Position numbers and translations under genes: made by a program
Part shown: one piece after another, positions 12,080 to 25,208 of the stretch
Layout: the number at the start of each line of letters is the position of its first letter
Numbering within the stretch: position 1 is the stretch's first letter
The notes under the pieces: model-generated
The model's database searches: none
What the model was told of the DNA's origin: nothing
What the model saw: only the letters and a program-made list of their open reading frames with translations
DNA from: Felis catus
Taxonomy: Eukaryota
Length of the DNA stretch: 64,000 bases
Direction: 5' to 3'
Assembly: GCF_018350175.1 (NCBI RefSeq)
Contig: NC_058368.1
Coordinates: forward strand, 102,302,001 to 102,366,000

Positions 12080-12565
12080 AGAGGTGCCCAAACTTTCCAA
12101 TGGCCTCCAGTTACATTTAGAGTCTTGAACTTGGCCTCCCAGGTCTACCTGATCTAGCCCCAGGCCGCCTCTCTAGCTGTCACCCATTGGCTTTTTGTGC
12201 TCCAGCCGCAATGTCCTCTTTCATTCCTAAAGCACTCCAAGCCCATGACCTCACAGCCTTTGCATTTTTTATGACCTCTTCCAGAGCCGACTCTGGCCCC
12301 AGCTAGCTAAATGGCCCCCCTGCTCAGATGCATCTGTCAAAGTTGGCCTTTCCTGACCCCTACCTAAAAAAACACCCTCATCCACCCTCCCCTATTACTG
12401 TACCCTACTTTACTTTTTCTTCATAGCGCTTCTCACCATCTGACCTTAAATTCTACGTCAATTAATTAATACAGGAATGTGTATTTCATTAAAGCAGCAA
12501 ATTTACTTGTTCAGGACTCCCAAGAACAATACCTGGCATGTAATAAATCTGAATTACATTTGTGG
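12080..12565 (+). mobile_element. L2 3' fragment
   Basis: cctcacagcctttgca, ctttcctgacc, acctggcatgtaa motifs. Confidence 0.65.
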
Positions 12566-12764
12566 TTATTTATTTTGAGGATTTGAGTGTAAAGGGCATG
12601 ACCTACTGCATGTAGAATTCATCCCCAATAACAACACCACCTGAAGGCTGTCTGATGCTCATGAGAAATGTTAGAAATGTATTGGCATCTGGTGAAATTT
12701 GTTTTTAAGACACAGGATTGGTCGGGAGGGATGGGAGGACCCATAGCTCTTTTTTTGAAAGGAC

Positions 12765-12960
12765 TTTTGTTTAAGTTTGTTTATTTGGAAAGAGAGAGAA
12801 TGCAAGCGGAGGAGGGGCAGAAAGAGAGAACATGGCAAGCAGGTTCCGTGCCATCAGTGCAGAGCCCAACACGGGGCTCGAACCCATAAACACCAAGATC
12901 ATGACCCAAGTGGAAATCGAAAGTCGGAAACTTAAGGGACTGAGTCAGCTAGGTGTCCCA
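12765..12960 (-). mobile_element. CAN-SINE
   Basis: Diverged SINE body. Confidence 0.85.
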
Positions 12961-13170
12961 AGACCCACGGCTCTTAAGTGAACACGGGATGAATCAAGCA
13001 CCCTCAAGGTGGTTGGATGAGAGGTCTGACCCTGCCTCTTCCCACACTTTTCCACCGAGAAGTCAGAGCGCTGTTGGACGAAACCGTGCAGAAGCTCTTC
13101 GAACTAGGTCCCGTCCACTTCACAGCAAGACTCTTTCAGGCAACGTGCTGATCTGGGTATCTAAGGACAC

Positions 13171-13209
<39 letters not shown>

Positions 13210-13568
13210 GAGAGAGAGACAGGGAACAAACTCTTGAGGACGACACACTGGGCCTGTTAGCTAACGAAGGTCTGTATGACTGGTGGAGCCTGCCCCAAAA
13301 CACAAGGTCATTGCTATGTACCACCTGGTGGTGAGTCAGCAGGACGGATATGGGAGGGCCTCGCTGGCTTTCCAGCCTCGAAGCTTCAAGCTATTCCTCT
13401 GGAGAACCTGACCCTCACCAATGTGTATACACATCCACTAAACCAAAATAAGTTCAACACTAACAGCACTCAGTAGAGCTAGGTGGGGGGTAAAAAAAAA
13501 GACTCTCCCTCCTTTTCTTCCATCTTCCAGGGTAAATTACAGTGTAGATGAGACACGACAGTCTTTAC

Positions 13569-13939
13569 CTGTGCTGTGTACTCCAGATCGGGCTTTTTTA
13601 TTGTTTTCTTTTAGGGAAAGTCCGGTGACCTCATTTTCCTTCTGCGTCCTCATTGCTGCTCTGTTCTTTCTTCTGCGAAGTGAAACTCGGTCGCACGTGT
13701 GTGTCCGTTCTAACCAGTCCTCGGCCGGAGTGAGGCCTCGGCTCGGGGTTCGTTTCGAACCTTCTGGCAGTTCTCTTAACAGTCTTGTCATGTCTTGGGG
13801 GCGAGAAATGCATTTCAATTCTTTATGTCAGGAGGCAGGAACTTTCTGCTCTGCTCTAACACGTCACAAAAACCACAGCGACTTCTGCACATGTTGCCAA
13901 ATTTATCTGTCACTGATCCATTGATACTGGAAGTATTTC
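13569..13939 (-). pseudogene. Pseudo-exon P (start of a CTL-like domain)
   Basis: tttttttcccccAG| acceptor, CAG|GTAAAG donor; 371 nt, phase 2->1, one frame with 3 stops: KYFQYQWISDR*IWQHVQKSLWFL*RVRAEQKVPAS*HKELKCISRPQDMTRLLRELPEG...DWLER...GVHST. Confidence 0.65.
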
Positions 13940-14832
13940 CTGGGGGAAAAAAATCCTTTCACTGGTGGGGGTTATGAAGAACAGTCTCTCTCCTCCTGGT
14001 TTTATTTTTCAGGTACCAAATAAGAAATCGTGCTTGATTCACAGTACCGCCTGACTTTAATAGAATCTACATTTTTCTTAGGAATCTTTTCCTTGGCATA
14101 CAGCTACTCATTGTCAAAGGGCTGTGTGAGCCCCAAGGACGCCACACGAGCAGCTTCACAGATGGGGACACACCCAGGGACCACGAGTCATAACCCACTG
14201 CTCAGGGGCCTCTGTGAACCACAGATCAGGTGGAGGAGACCGGCTTCCTTGGCAACCACAGACCAGCTTCCAAACGTCTCCATCATTGAAACACCGTCAC
14301 CCGCTTGGTAATATGACAGACACCTTTGGAAAACACTTGCTGTCAACATGGCAGGGGTATCACCTCCCAAGAACCCATTGCGCAATGAACAAAGTCCATG
14401 ACCTGCTTTTTATGTCTCACCAGGTTAAAGAAACCGTATCCCCAGACTTCCGTGAGAAAGAAGGTCATTGCTAGGAAAAAACTCTCCAGAGAGACAAGAG
14501 CCAGGAGGTCCCTCCAGAATCTGTTTGTGGCAGGGGACACTCACTAAATGCATCTTTTCAGCTGACCGTTACTCAGATCCCACCCATCATTAGATAAGGG
14601 GGGGCTAGTGACCCCCTTCCACAGCAAGGATTGTAATGATAATGCAACAACATCTATTGTCTACCAGCGGTCCGCACGGTGTGTTCGATTCTTTCTTAAC
14701 ACCAGGTCTGACGTCCGCACAGCCTTCATGAACAGAATTACTACCAACACACTCAGCCAAAAAGGTATGTTTTATGCTCAAGCATCTAGTAAGCACGTGA
14801 ATATGGAAAACATAAAAAGAGGGACGAAAAAT

Positions 14833-15045
14833 TTCTTTTGTTTTTTAGGTTTATTTATTATAAGACAGAGAGCAGGTGCCAACAAGGGAGGGGCAGAGAG
14901 AGAGAGGGAGAGAGAGAATCCCAAGCAGGCTCTGCGCTGTCAGCCCAGAGCCCGACTTGAGGCTGATCTCATGACCCTGGGATCATGACCTGAGCTGAAA
15001 TCAAGAGTCGGACTCTTAACTGACTATAAGCCACCCAGGCGCCCC
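14833..15045 (-). mobile_element. CAN-SINE
   Basis: SINE body; TSD-like gac.aaaaatttct. Confidence 0.9.
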
Positions 15046-16140
15046 GAGACTAAAAATTTCTACTTGCTTTGGAACGTTATTTTTTAAAATGATCTCCAAG
15101 TGGATAGAGTGAATACCCAATGACCTCCTCATTCAACCAGACAAATTATTCACAATTGTTTTAAAATAAAGTATTCCTAAAGTTTTTTAAATTAGCATCT
15201 AAAACATGTTAGTCATTTTTCCTCCACGTGCTGCAATTTCTCATGACCAAGATGTATGACATTTTTGTACAATGATCTCTGTACAACTTGGAAAAGGATT
15301 TCTTGAAAATCTTAATTAAAGCTCTAGATTGATTTGAATTGGATGTCACATCTTGATATTGAATCCTATTTCTCTTGAAGAATGTTTTAAAGTCCCTCGA
15401 TCTTGTTATCTTAAGATACGTACAACAATGATCTGTCCGCACGTCTTTTAAGTATCAGAGACAGCCCCAAAATGGAATGGGCATATTTGATTACAGACCC
15501 TTTGCTGAACACCAGTCTCTCTTGCATCCTTAACAGACGTCCAAACAATTAATTCTTTCCTTTGCCCCCTTCTCACGAGTAACTGGTGATTCCACAAAAG
15601 AAATTCTTTTTGACCAATAACTAGGCTCAGTTATTGGCCCAACCAATAACTAGGTTGGGCACCCACTGCAAACGTTTTTAGCACTTATACTAGGTTCAGC
15701 CCTACAATACCATCTTAAATGTGCTGACTTATTTCATCCTTTCAACAACTCTGTAAATGGTACTATTATCTCGGTATCTCCATTCAACTGACTAGGAATC
15801 TGAGGCATGGAGAGGGTAAGGGACTTGGTGTCAAGGTCCTTTACTAGGATGATGCAAAGCCAAGGGTTGAATCTAGGAAGTCTGACACCCACACTGGACC
15901 CTAGGGTCAGTTTTTCAAACTGACTTTCTTTCTGAGTTGGATACAAATATATACCAATGAAATAAATGTTCCAAGTATGCTATTAAAAAATGACTTTGGG
16001 ATACCCATCAACAGTAGAATGAGTAAAAACATAGGTCCGTACCGTAGAATACAACAGTGCAGTACATAAGGACAAACTACTCATACAGCCACAGGGATAA
16101 GTCTCACAGACATAATGTTGAATAAAAGAAGTCAGACACA

Positions 16141-16578
16141 GGGGTGCCTAGGTAGTTCAGTCGCTTAAGCCTCCGACTTGGGCTCAGGTCATGATCTCAC
16201 GGTTCGTGGGTTCGAGCCCCGCGTCGGGCTCTTTGCTGACAGCTAAGAGCCTGGAGCCTGCTTAGGATTCTGTCTCCCTCTCTGTCTGCCCCTCCCCTGC
16301 TCACACTCCCTCTCTCTCAAAAATAAATAAACATTTAAAACAAAAAAAGAAGGGGCGCCTGGGTGGCGCAGTCGGTTAAGCGTCCGACTTCAGCCAGGTC
16401 ACGATCTCACGGTCCGTGAGTTCGAGCCCCGCGTCAGGCTCTGGGCTGATGGCTCAGAGCCTGGAGCCTGTTTCCGATTCTGTGTCTCCCTCTCTCTCTG
16501 CCCCTCCCCCGTTCATGCTCTGTCTCTCTCTGTCCCAAAAATAAATAAACGTTAAAAAAAAAAATTAAAATAAAAAAA
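16141..16578 (+). mobile_element. Two tandem/nested CAN-SINEs (16141-16345, 16352-16578) within an old L1 fragment
   Basis: Outer TSD aaaagaagtcagacaca; the younger copy sits in the A-tail/TSD of the older one. Confidence 0.92.
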
Positions 16579-16610
16579 GAAGTCAGACACAAAGAGAATA
16601 TACTTCGTGA

Positions 16611-16816
16611 TTTTTTTTTAAATGTTTTTATTTATTTTGAGAGAGAGAGAGAGAGAGAGACAGCATGTGCAAGCAGAGGCGGGGCAGACAGAGAGGGAGA
16701 GAGAGAGAGGCCCAAACAAAGCCCTACTCGGGGCTCAAACTCACAAAATATGAGATGGTGACCTGAGCCAAAACCAAGAGTCACACACGCACCCGACTGC
16801 ACTACACAGGCGCCCC
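16611..16816 (-). mobile_element. CAN-SINE
   Basis: SINE body with (GA)n. Confidence 0.88.
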
Positions 16817-16844
16817 TTAATTTTCTTTTTTCATATCACGCTTT

Positions 16845-17065
16845 TTGACCTCAGCACTATTGACTTTTGAAGCCGGGTAACTCTTGGGTGTTTGGTGCTG
16901 TCCTGCGTGTTGTAGGACGTTAGTAGCATCCCCTGGGTCCCCCTACCAGAAGTCAATAGCACCATATCCTCCCACCCACTTGCCCATGACGAGAACCAAG
17001 CACGTTTCCAGACATCCCTACATGCCCCCTGGGGGACAAAATCACCCTCAGGTAAGAGCCATTCA
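16845..17065 (+). mobile_element. MER20-like hAT DNA transposon relic
   Basis: cctcagcactattgac...gtgttgtaggacgtttagtagcatccc...tccagacat...cctgggggacaaaatcaccc. Confidence 0.75.
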
Positions 17066-18233
17066 TTTACATGTGGATCAAAACCAGCCGAAACTAGGCT
17101 GTGGCGGCAGAGGTGGGGAGAGCATTCACCCCACGAGAAACCCCACTGACGTGAGTGGGGGCACGAGGAAGCCCGCTGGAAATATTCCAGATCTTGATCC
17201 AAGTGACGATCAGAGGAAAAACGCATCAAACCATACGCCTAAGAGATGTGAGTTGATGGTACGTAAGTCATACAACACTTTGAAAGAAGTTGTGGGCTTG
17301 GGTATGGGAGGAAGAAACCCGCTCTCGTGGGACATGAAGGATCCATGAGGGCTGCCCAGAGGACACAGTCCTGAGAGGCAAGGATTTGAAGAGCAAAACT
17401 GGCAGAAGCAGGGAGGCCATTCCAGTCACAGGAACCAGCAAAAGCAAAAGGCAGAGAGGCCTTTTTTATGAAGAACATGGCACCGGATGCTGTTTTCCTG
17501 CGAATATGACCAAGGGAAATTCAACACGCACACCGGCATAATATGCTTCTAGGCAGTCGTACTTAGATCAGTGCTGGGCTCACAAGGGGGTGTAAAAATC
17601 ACCATCTGGTAATGGTGAAAATTAAACCTTTGAAATTAAACAGAATCAAAAAGGCATCGGGCCTTTTAGCTCATTAGCTCACTACTGGAGAGTCCCCCAC
17701 TGTCCTCTATTCTCGCTCTCTGTCCAGCCTTGCTCTACCCAAGGCGGACGACGCTCCCGCTACATTTTTCATATAGCTAGTCAAAACAGGAATAAAATTC
17801 TCCTGGGGAGTTCCCTACTTTTTTTTTTCAGCCCTGGGTTTCTTCCAGGCTACTAATTACTGTTAGCTACATTATGCGTCATCATCCTTAATTGAGCATG
17901 AACAATGGCTCAACGCTGTAAAGAAAATGTTGGAAGACAGTCATTCTTATTGAAACCAGAGGACTCAGAGCTGGCTTGGAGATGGAGAATAATGAGAAAC
18001 AGAATGTCTACCAAGGATGGGGTGGCCACTGTTACAGCTCTCTGACACACAGATCTTCTCTACGCAGGTGAGAAAAAGCTCATTAAGTGCCATGAGGTCC
18101 TGAGTGCGGAAAGCAATGAGGCCCACCTCCGGCCAGAGGCCACCCATGCCAAGGGAGATTGACATTATCTGTATGGGAGGAGGCGGGGGAGGGGGCTAGA
18201 ATGTGAAGGAGAGAACAGCATTGCTATACACAC

Positions 18234-18457
18234 CGCTGTGTGGTCTTGGATATTTTATAGAGAGATCTAAAGCCAGTGAAGGACCTGGAGGGTGAGATAA
18301 TCACTCGTCCGACTTTCGGACCTTAAATGATCCGAGGCTTCCTTCTCTACAACTGCTATGGGTTCACTCTCCCTGAGTAAAGGGTTACGACAGAGGTTTC
18401 TTTGAATCATGGCCACGTCTTCCCTTTCTCCAGTCTTCTGTATCGGGATAATCTTAG
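18234..18457 (-). pseudogene. Pseudo-exon O
   Basis: ttcttttacctgcAG| acceptor, GCG|GTGTGT donor; AKIIPIQKTGEREDVAMIQRNLCRNPLLRESEPIAVVEKEASDH..., then a frameshift to RVIISPSRSFTGFRSLYKISKTTQ(R); phase-2 end matches exon P. Confidence 0.55.
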
Positions 18458-19159
18458 CTGCAGGTAAAAGAATACCAGAGGAAGAGCGCTGAAGGCAATA
18501 AAGACACTTATCGTCTCCCTGACCAGGAAGTCTGCAGGCAGGCGCTTGTGAGGTGGGCAGGTGTCCACACTGCCCGACAAGGATGTCAACCACGCTTGTG
18601 TTTCTGCTAGGGCATCCTCACAAGTTGGCAAGGCTTTCTTTGTGGTTACAAGTTGGCTTTTCCAGCTCCAAGCATCAAATCCCCAATACGCAATATCCAA
18701 AGCTAGAAGGAGGGCAAATAAAAAAGCTTTTTTCCTGCACCACCCACTATTTTATGAGGGTAGAAAATTTTTCCCAGAAGCCTTCTTACATCACTGACTA
18801 GAAATGCCCTAGTTCAGTCACTGGGCAAAGAAGAATGAGATTTGCATGACTGCCTTAAATTAATCATAATCCATTCAGGAGCTGGATGGGATTCATTATA
18901 GTGTCATAAAATCAGAGGTCTTTCACCAAGGAAGAAGGGGAAATGGCGGTTGGGTAAGCAATCCGCCTTGTCCAGATTCTTTGTATTTATCTTCCATGAA
19001 TAGCCTCCATGATGGTATGCTCCACTATATAAACCTTGGTCCCAATTTTCGATTATTCATGCAACTAGCCACAAAGTTCAGACCACACAATAGAACGTAC
19101 ATCTACGTTAGATCTTTTAAATATTCAAGGTGGTCTCTGGGCCATTGGTACATCTGTAC

Positions 19160-20340
19160 GCTGATTCATTCAACAAATGCCAGCAAAACCCCTTCTACAC
19201 GTCAAGCACTTCGCCGGGCGCTGAGGACACAGCAGTGAACGAGAAAGGTGGTAAATACTTCTTTCGTGGAGTGAAATCTAGAGTGGGAGAAGACAGGCAT
19301 TGAGCATAACTGAAGTAAAAGATATCGCATGTCAGATTGTGACGAGAGCCATGGAGAAGAGCAAGAAAAGAAAAGTGAGCACAGGAGCGGGAAGTACAAT
19401 TTAAACTGGGTGATCAGAAAAGACGTTTTAGTAAAGATGGGCAATACCCATGTGGGTATCTGCGAAAGGCATGGTCAAGGCCAACGGTGCAAAGGACCTA
19501 AAGTGCAAGTGAGCCTGGCACGCTTGGATGACCGCAAGGAGGCGGCAGCTGGGGAACAGCTAGGGAGGAAGAGCGAGAGTAACAGGATGAAGCCAGAGAC
19601 CTAACGGGGTCAGCTCACGGAGGGCCTTGAATGCCAAGGCAAGGATTTTGTTTTCTACGTTGAGTCACGTGGGAAATAACTGGAGAATGTGGGGTAGAGG
19701 AGCACCCTGATTTTGCTTTCGAAAGACTCACTCTGCTCGCCTTAAGGGAAACAAGCTGTAGGTGGGTACAAGAGGAAACAGAGATAAGTCAGGAAGCCAC
19801 TGACCAAAACAGGAACGCTAGTGGTTTAGGCTAGGCTGTTGGGCAAGCTAGGGCTCAACCAGTGGATTAGATGTGATGTGAGAAAAAGAGAAGATTTAAG
19901 GATGAGTCAGGATTTGGAGCCCGAGGAAATGAAAGGAGAGAGTCCTTAGTCACTGAAATAGAACGATAACAAGGAGCAGGCATGGGGAAAAACAGGCATT
20001 CGGTTTTGCATGTATTAAGCTTGAGATGCTCCTTCGATACGCAATTGGAGACGGTAAGTATGTAGTTGCATGTAGGAGTCTGAAGCCAATGTAATTCACA
20101 GGCATATGGTACATAAAGTTATAAAGTTCAATGAGCCGATGCGATCATTAGCCCACGAAGTCAAGGGGACAACCAGCGGGCCAAAGACTAAGCCCCAACA
20201 CTCCAATACCGACACACAACCAGAAAAGGAGTTGGAAGAGAAGTCGACGAGGCCTGAGGATTCTAGAAGATGGTGGCGACCTAGGACTACTTCAAAAGGA
20301 ATGAGTAATAACAGAGAAAAAAAAATAATGCTATCGTTAA
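19160..20340 (-). mobile_element. L2 fragment
   Basis: attcattcaacaaat 3' end; tgcaaaggacctaaagtg, agggccttgaatgccaaggcaaggatttt motifs. Confidence 0.8.
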
Positions 20341-20393
20341 GTCAAAGTATGTACTGGAAATCTAGCAAGTTTGGCTAAAACAAGAGAGAAAAG

Positions 20394-20530
20394 TGGGCCA
20401 CCTGGCTGGCTTTGTCAGTAGAGCATGTGACTCTTAACACCGGGGTTTAAGTTTGAGCCCCATGTTGGGTGTAGAGATTATTTTTAAAAAATCATGAAAA
20501 ATTTTTAAAAATAAATAAATGAATAAAACC
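20394..20530 (+). mobile_element. Short older CAN-SINE
   Basis: cctggctggc...gtcagtagagcatgtgactctt...gagcccatgttgggtgtagagatta. Confidence 0.8.
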
Positions 20531-21316
20531 TAGCAAGACGAGAGAAAAATGCAGTGCTTGCCAGTTGCTGCAAAGGTTAAACACCCATAAGATGTTGTTT
20601 AGATTTTATTGACTATGATGTGAACCATTCATGATTTCCCGTAATTACTTTTCCCTTGGTCATTCTAGTATTTTTACAGACATTTAAATTGCTTTCAACA
20701 ATATTTTTATGCCTCGCTCGGGTAAAATCGGATGTAGAAAATCTAATCCATCGGGTATTTGAGGCCAAATCATTGACATTACAAATGGACTCCTGGTTTT
20801 ACAAAACGAAGTACCACAAATGACAAGCATACTGATTTAATTTACAAAAATTTTCCTTATCTGTTGCCTTTCAAAGCCCATCTGCTGCATAAATGGAGGC
20901 ACGGAGGTCTTCCTAACAGATGACTTCGAAGTCATAATGGGAACCTCTGCCAATAACAAATTCATCACGTCCAAAGCATGTCCTTGTGATATTTCATTTT
21001 GTTATCGGTTCTACTTTTCTAAGCTCAGTAATGCTCTCGAAAGTAAATGGGTCCCGCTTGTCTGAATCAAGAACTTTAAACTGCCAAAGAAAAAAGAGAA
21101 TGTCAAATTTCTGCCTCAATTTAATGATCTATACCTATCAAATTTTTAGTTCTGACAGGTACTTTTTAATGTTATCTATCACCCCTTTTTCCCTAAAACA
21201 TTCACCTTTCTTCAAGCAACTATGCACGCCACTTAAAACTGAACTAATATCATTATATCATGATTAAAACTACATGCTCTCAGAACTATTTGAAATACTC
21301 TTCTATTTTACCTTAC

Positions 21317-21664
21317 CTTCTTTTTCAAGTCTGGTCTCTGTGACGTAGCGATTTTTCTTCTGCAGCGGATCTCACATTTATGTGGGGGGAGATTTCTAAT
21401 TTTACTTTGCTGGTGTATAAATGTGTCATTTCATGCAACTAGCTGTTTTTCTTTGTTGTAACTTCTTTCTTTCTGTTTTAGCCTGAGGCTCCCCTCTTTA
21501 TTTGATCAGTAGAGTTGATATCATATTCCAGGCAGCACTTTTTCCCAAGAGAAAAACAGGGTTTCAAATTGCTACTCATGATTCCTAAGGCAAACTGAAA
21601 GGGCGCTGCCTGAATTAATGTTTTCTGGACTGTTTTCAGTGCTTGTTGGTTTTATTTCCATCAC
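21317..21664 (-). pseudogene. Pseudo-exon N (heavily decayed, K/E/S-rich linker; acceptor uncertain)
   Basis: AAG|GTAAGG donor; tgtccatcAG| acceptor; 348 nt with coding-like stretches in several frames (e.g. MEIKPTSTENSPENINSGS, LQKKNRYVTETRLEKE) and many stops. Confidence 0.45.
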
Positions 21665-21896
21665 CTGATGGACACATTTATTTTCCACCTTTGAATATCA
21701 TTCTCTCCCTATGACTGCCCATTATTTTTTTGTCTTGATTATTTATCGTGAGTAGTTGGATGGAAAAATAATCCATGTGATAAGTTCCCACTAAATAAGT
21801 GAAAGGTACTGGGGGTATGCTGAGTTCAGTTTTCTTTTGGGTTGGCTTCTGAGATGAACACTTCGTTTAAGGGAAGGGAGTTGGAGTCCCTGTTTT

Positions 21897-22120
21897 CTTT
21901 TTTCTTTTTTTACCTTTTTTTTTTTAACATTTTTATTTATTATTGAGAGAGAGCATGAGTAGGAGAGAGGCAGAGACAGGAGGAGACATAGAATCCGAAG
22001 CAGGCTCCAGGCTCCCAGCTGTCAGCACAGAGCCTGACGCGGGGCTCGAACTCAAGAAAGGTGAGATCATGACCTGAGCCCAGGTCAGATGCTCAACCGA
22101 CTGAGCCACCCAGTCGCCCC
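21897..22120 (-). mobile_element. CAN-SINE
   Basis: SINE body; TSD tggagtcc.tgttttct. Confidence 0.92.
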
Positions 22121-22442
22121 TGGAGTCCATGTTTTCTACCGTTATTCACAACTTGCATGGATTACATCTACCCCTAAAATACAGGCTCTATTTTTAAGAA
22201 TATTTCCGTACCTGGCTGCTTGGACAAAACAACGTATTAGCTAGACTTGAATATTCCCTATGCATCTCCATTCCCAAATTTAAAAGAAAATATGTACCAA
22301 TGCAGGACATAGTGGAAATATTCTACTACTTCTGATAGGGCGTGAATTTCCCTTACTAGCCAAAAGCAAAAGAGGTACTCTAAAAAGCACTCCCACGATC
22401 ATAAGCTCACCAGCAGAAATAACTGTAAAAACAAAACATTAA

Positions 22443-22660
22443 GGGGCACCTGGGTGGCTCTGTCCGTTAAGCGTTTGACTTCGGCTCGGGTCATGATCTT
22501 GTAGTTCATGGGTTCAAGCCCCGCGTCAGGCTCTGTGCTGGAAGCTGGGAGCCCGGAGCCTGCTTCAGATTCTGTGTCTCCCTCTCTCTCTCTCTCTGCC
22601 CCTCCCCCGCTCACACTCCGTCTCTCTCTCTCAAAAATAAACATTAAAAATTAAAAAAAA
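22443..22660 (+). mobile_element. CAN-SINE
   Basis: Consensus-like body. Confidence 0.92.
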
Positions 22661-24533
22661 CACACATTAAGTTCTTATCAAATGTAGGTGGAAGCAAAGA
22701 GAAAGAAAAGCAATATCCTGAGTGTCAAATGGTCGGTCAAGAGTAGAGCCAAGAACAGGGGTCAGGACCCAGGACCTTTTTCACAAGATACAGGCAAAAA
22801 TAGGCAAAAGAAATAGGACCTCCCTATCCTGGAGAGATGGTGAATCCAGGTGGAATCATTTCCAAAATGAGGCTAAAGTTCAAGGTCCTTTTTCATGCCA
22901 GACCTCTGTATTTTAGTCGCAATAATTTTTTTTCAAATGCTTTCAAGTCATATCATAATTTTATTTTTTTGTCACTAATCTACTGTTGGATAAAAAGATG
23001 CCCAAAGTTCCCCCTATTATGCCTGAATAATTGTTCCTGGAATAGTCACTACAAGACTGCAGTTCAAACAAGGCCTATTTTTCATAGCCATAAATTGCCA
23101 ACAAAGCGTAAGGATATCTTGTGTTGAAATGCTAAGCCCCAGCATCTAAGGCATTAGCTCCTCATGACGACACGTTTTTGCAGGATGGATGTGAATGCAA
23201 CTTGTCTCAGGACCAAATACTACCCATCCACAGGGTGGAAGGTCCGAGAGACACCTGTTTCAAGGGTATCCACTTGACCCCACGGCCCACGTCCATTGAA
23301 GGCCAAACGTGGATGACAGATGAATTGGTCTTAACCTTTTCTCCTCAATACACCATAACTCATAACTACTCTGAGGATGTGAGTACATTTATGCTTCCTC
23401 AGTTACCTTAAAATGAAGTCCGTTGGTAGGGAAGTGCCATTGTGTTTCACCGATTATCAATTAAAATAATAAAATTAATGTCCAATGTCATTTCAGCATC
23501 TGCTTTATTACTATGGTAACCCATAGGTAACCGAGTTGGTAAAAGTGCAAATTACATATTCAGCTATTTAAAGACGTCAGCGAAAGTCATTTAATCAAGC
23601 TTCTCATTGCTTGTGCTGTGCAATCAAGACGACCCGATTATTAAAGTCAAAGTCAGAAGGCCGCAAGCTCCCCTCGGCTGTCTGTCATGTCGACTCTCAA
23701 GTTCGGCCTGGCTCACGGCTATAGGTTGTATTTTGTAAGCGTACTCAGAGAAATGTGTTTCCTCAAGGAGATGGTAAAGAATTAATTTTACTCGCAAAAT
23801 GCAAAACAGAGAAGGATGAATCCTTCATTTGGATTTCAAATGCAAACACCGTAAGAACCGGGGCAAATCTGCATCCCACAGAGAGAGACTTGGAGAGCAG
23901 TCTGACTGTAAGCCCAGCCCCTGCCTCAAGCCTCTATTCCAGATGACTCCGTGGTTCTGTCGGACTCAGGTAAGAACTGGACTCCTGTGGTTTATTCCCT
24001 TCCAGGTTGGGGACAGAGCACATGGCAGCTGCCACCTTCCTCCCTCACCCAGCCCTCCAACCTGACACGGGGGCGACTTCCTCGGGTCAACTTCAGGGCC
24101 CTGCCCAACGATATGCCATTGCGTGACCCCCACTCTCAGTGTATATGCAACCGGGTACACGAGACTCTCTTCCCACTGAATTCCAAATAGATTCGCACTT
24201 GTCCCGACGGTCCCCAACAGCCACTTAAACCAAACCGGACTGTGCTTTCAGATGACACGAACCCAGGGAAGTGAATTAACCCCATTTGCCTTTTGAGAGT
24301 TGAGCTGTGGTAACGGAGGGGCGCCGAGATAGAGAATTCTGTGTTTGGAAACCTAGAAGCACAAGCCTAAGAATTAGCTTGCCTGTGAGATTTACATGAG
24401 TAATGCTTATTAATGTGATCTTAATAAGAAACAAATTGACATAAGGCCTCTGTCTTATCCCCAAGCAGCTTCACCAGCAGATGGAGAGAGCTCTTCAGTC
24501 ACTCCTGAAATACCTGGAAAAGCCACAGGCGGT

Positions 24534-24547
24534 GTTGCCCTGGCAAC
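24534..24547. promoter_or_regulatory. RFX X-box motif
   Basis: GTTGCCCTGGCAAC, a palindromic match to the RFX consensus GTTRCC-N2-GGYAAC. Confidence 0.45.
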
Positions 24548-25208
24548 ATTCTAGAAGAACAAATCTTGACCCAGATGAGAGGGGAAAGCGGGCGATGTGA
24601 GGTTTACAAAGCAGAATGAAGCCTATCCAGGAAAAGATGGTGTAACTGTGGGCAACTGTCAGACCCCTCGTTCTTCACTCTGGGCGGTGCTTACAGCAAT
24701 TCTAAACCCCAGGCTGAGTTGCTGTACTGTTTTAACAGGGCTGACCTTCCTGCACCTGCCCTCAAGGGGGTGCAGAGATAAAAGCCAGTTCAGCAAGATT
24801 TCCAGGATGGGGGGAGCAGAGCTCCTTGCCCCGTAAGATCCATGCATGAAACACAAGAGAGCCGGCATCAGAGATGACGAAACGTGAAGGGTGAGAGGTC
24901 TCCAAGGGATGCGAGAGCTACAGTCTAGACCAATAAACCTCCTTCCCCAGTGAGCAAATGGGCCCAGAGGGGATGGCCACCCATGACCTGAAAATGCCAC
25001 CTAGGACCTAGAGGACCTCAGAGACCACCAACACAATGAACAGGGCCCGCCGGCGAGGATCCAGACACCCTTCTTCCAAATGCCACGAGGCCACACGCAC
25101 CCTCCAGACAGCTTCTCGGAAAATAGAGAGAAGGGCGTACAACTCTGCAAGCCTGGATGGCATCCGAGTCAAAATTACATAAACTCAGATTATTCAGAGA
25201 CAACCTAC

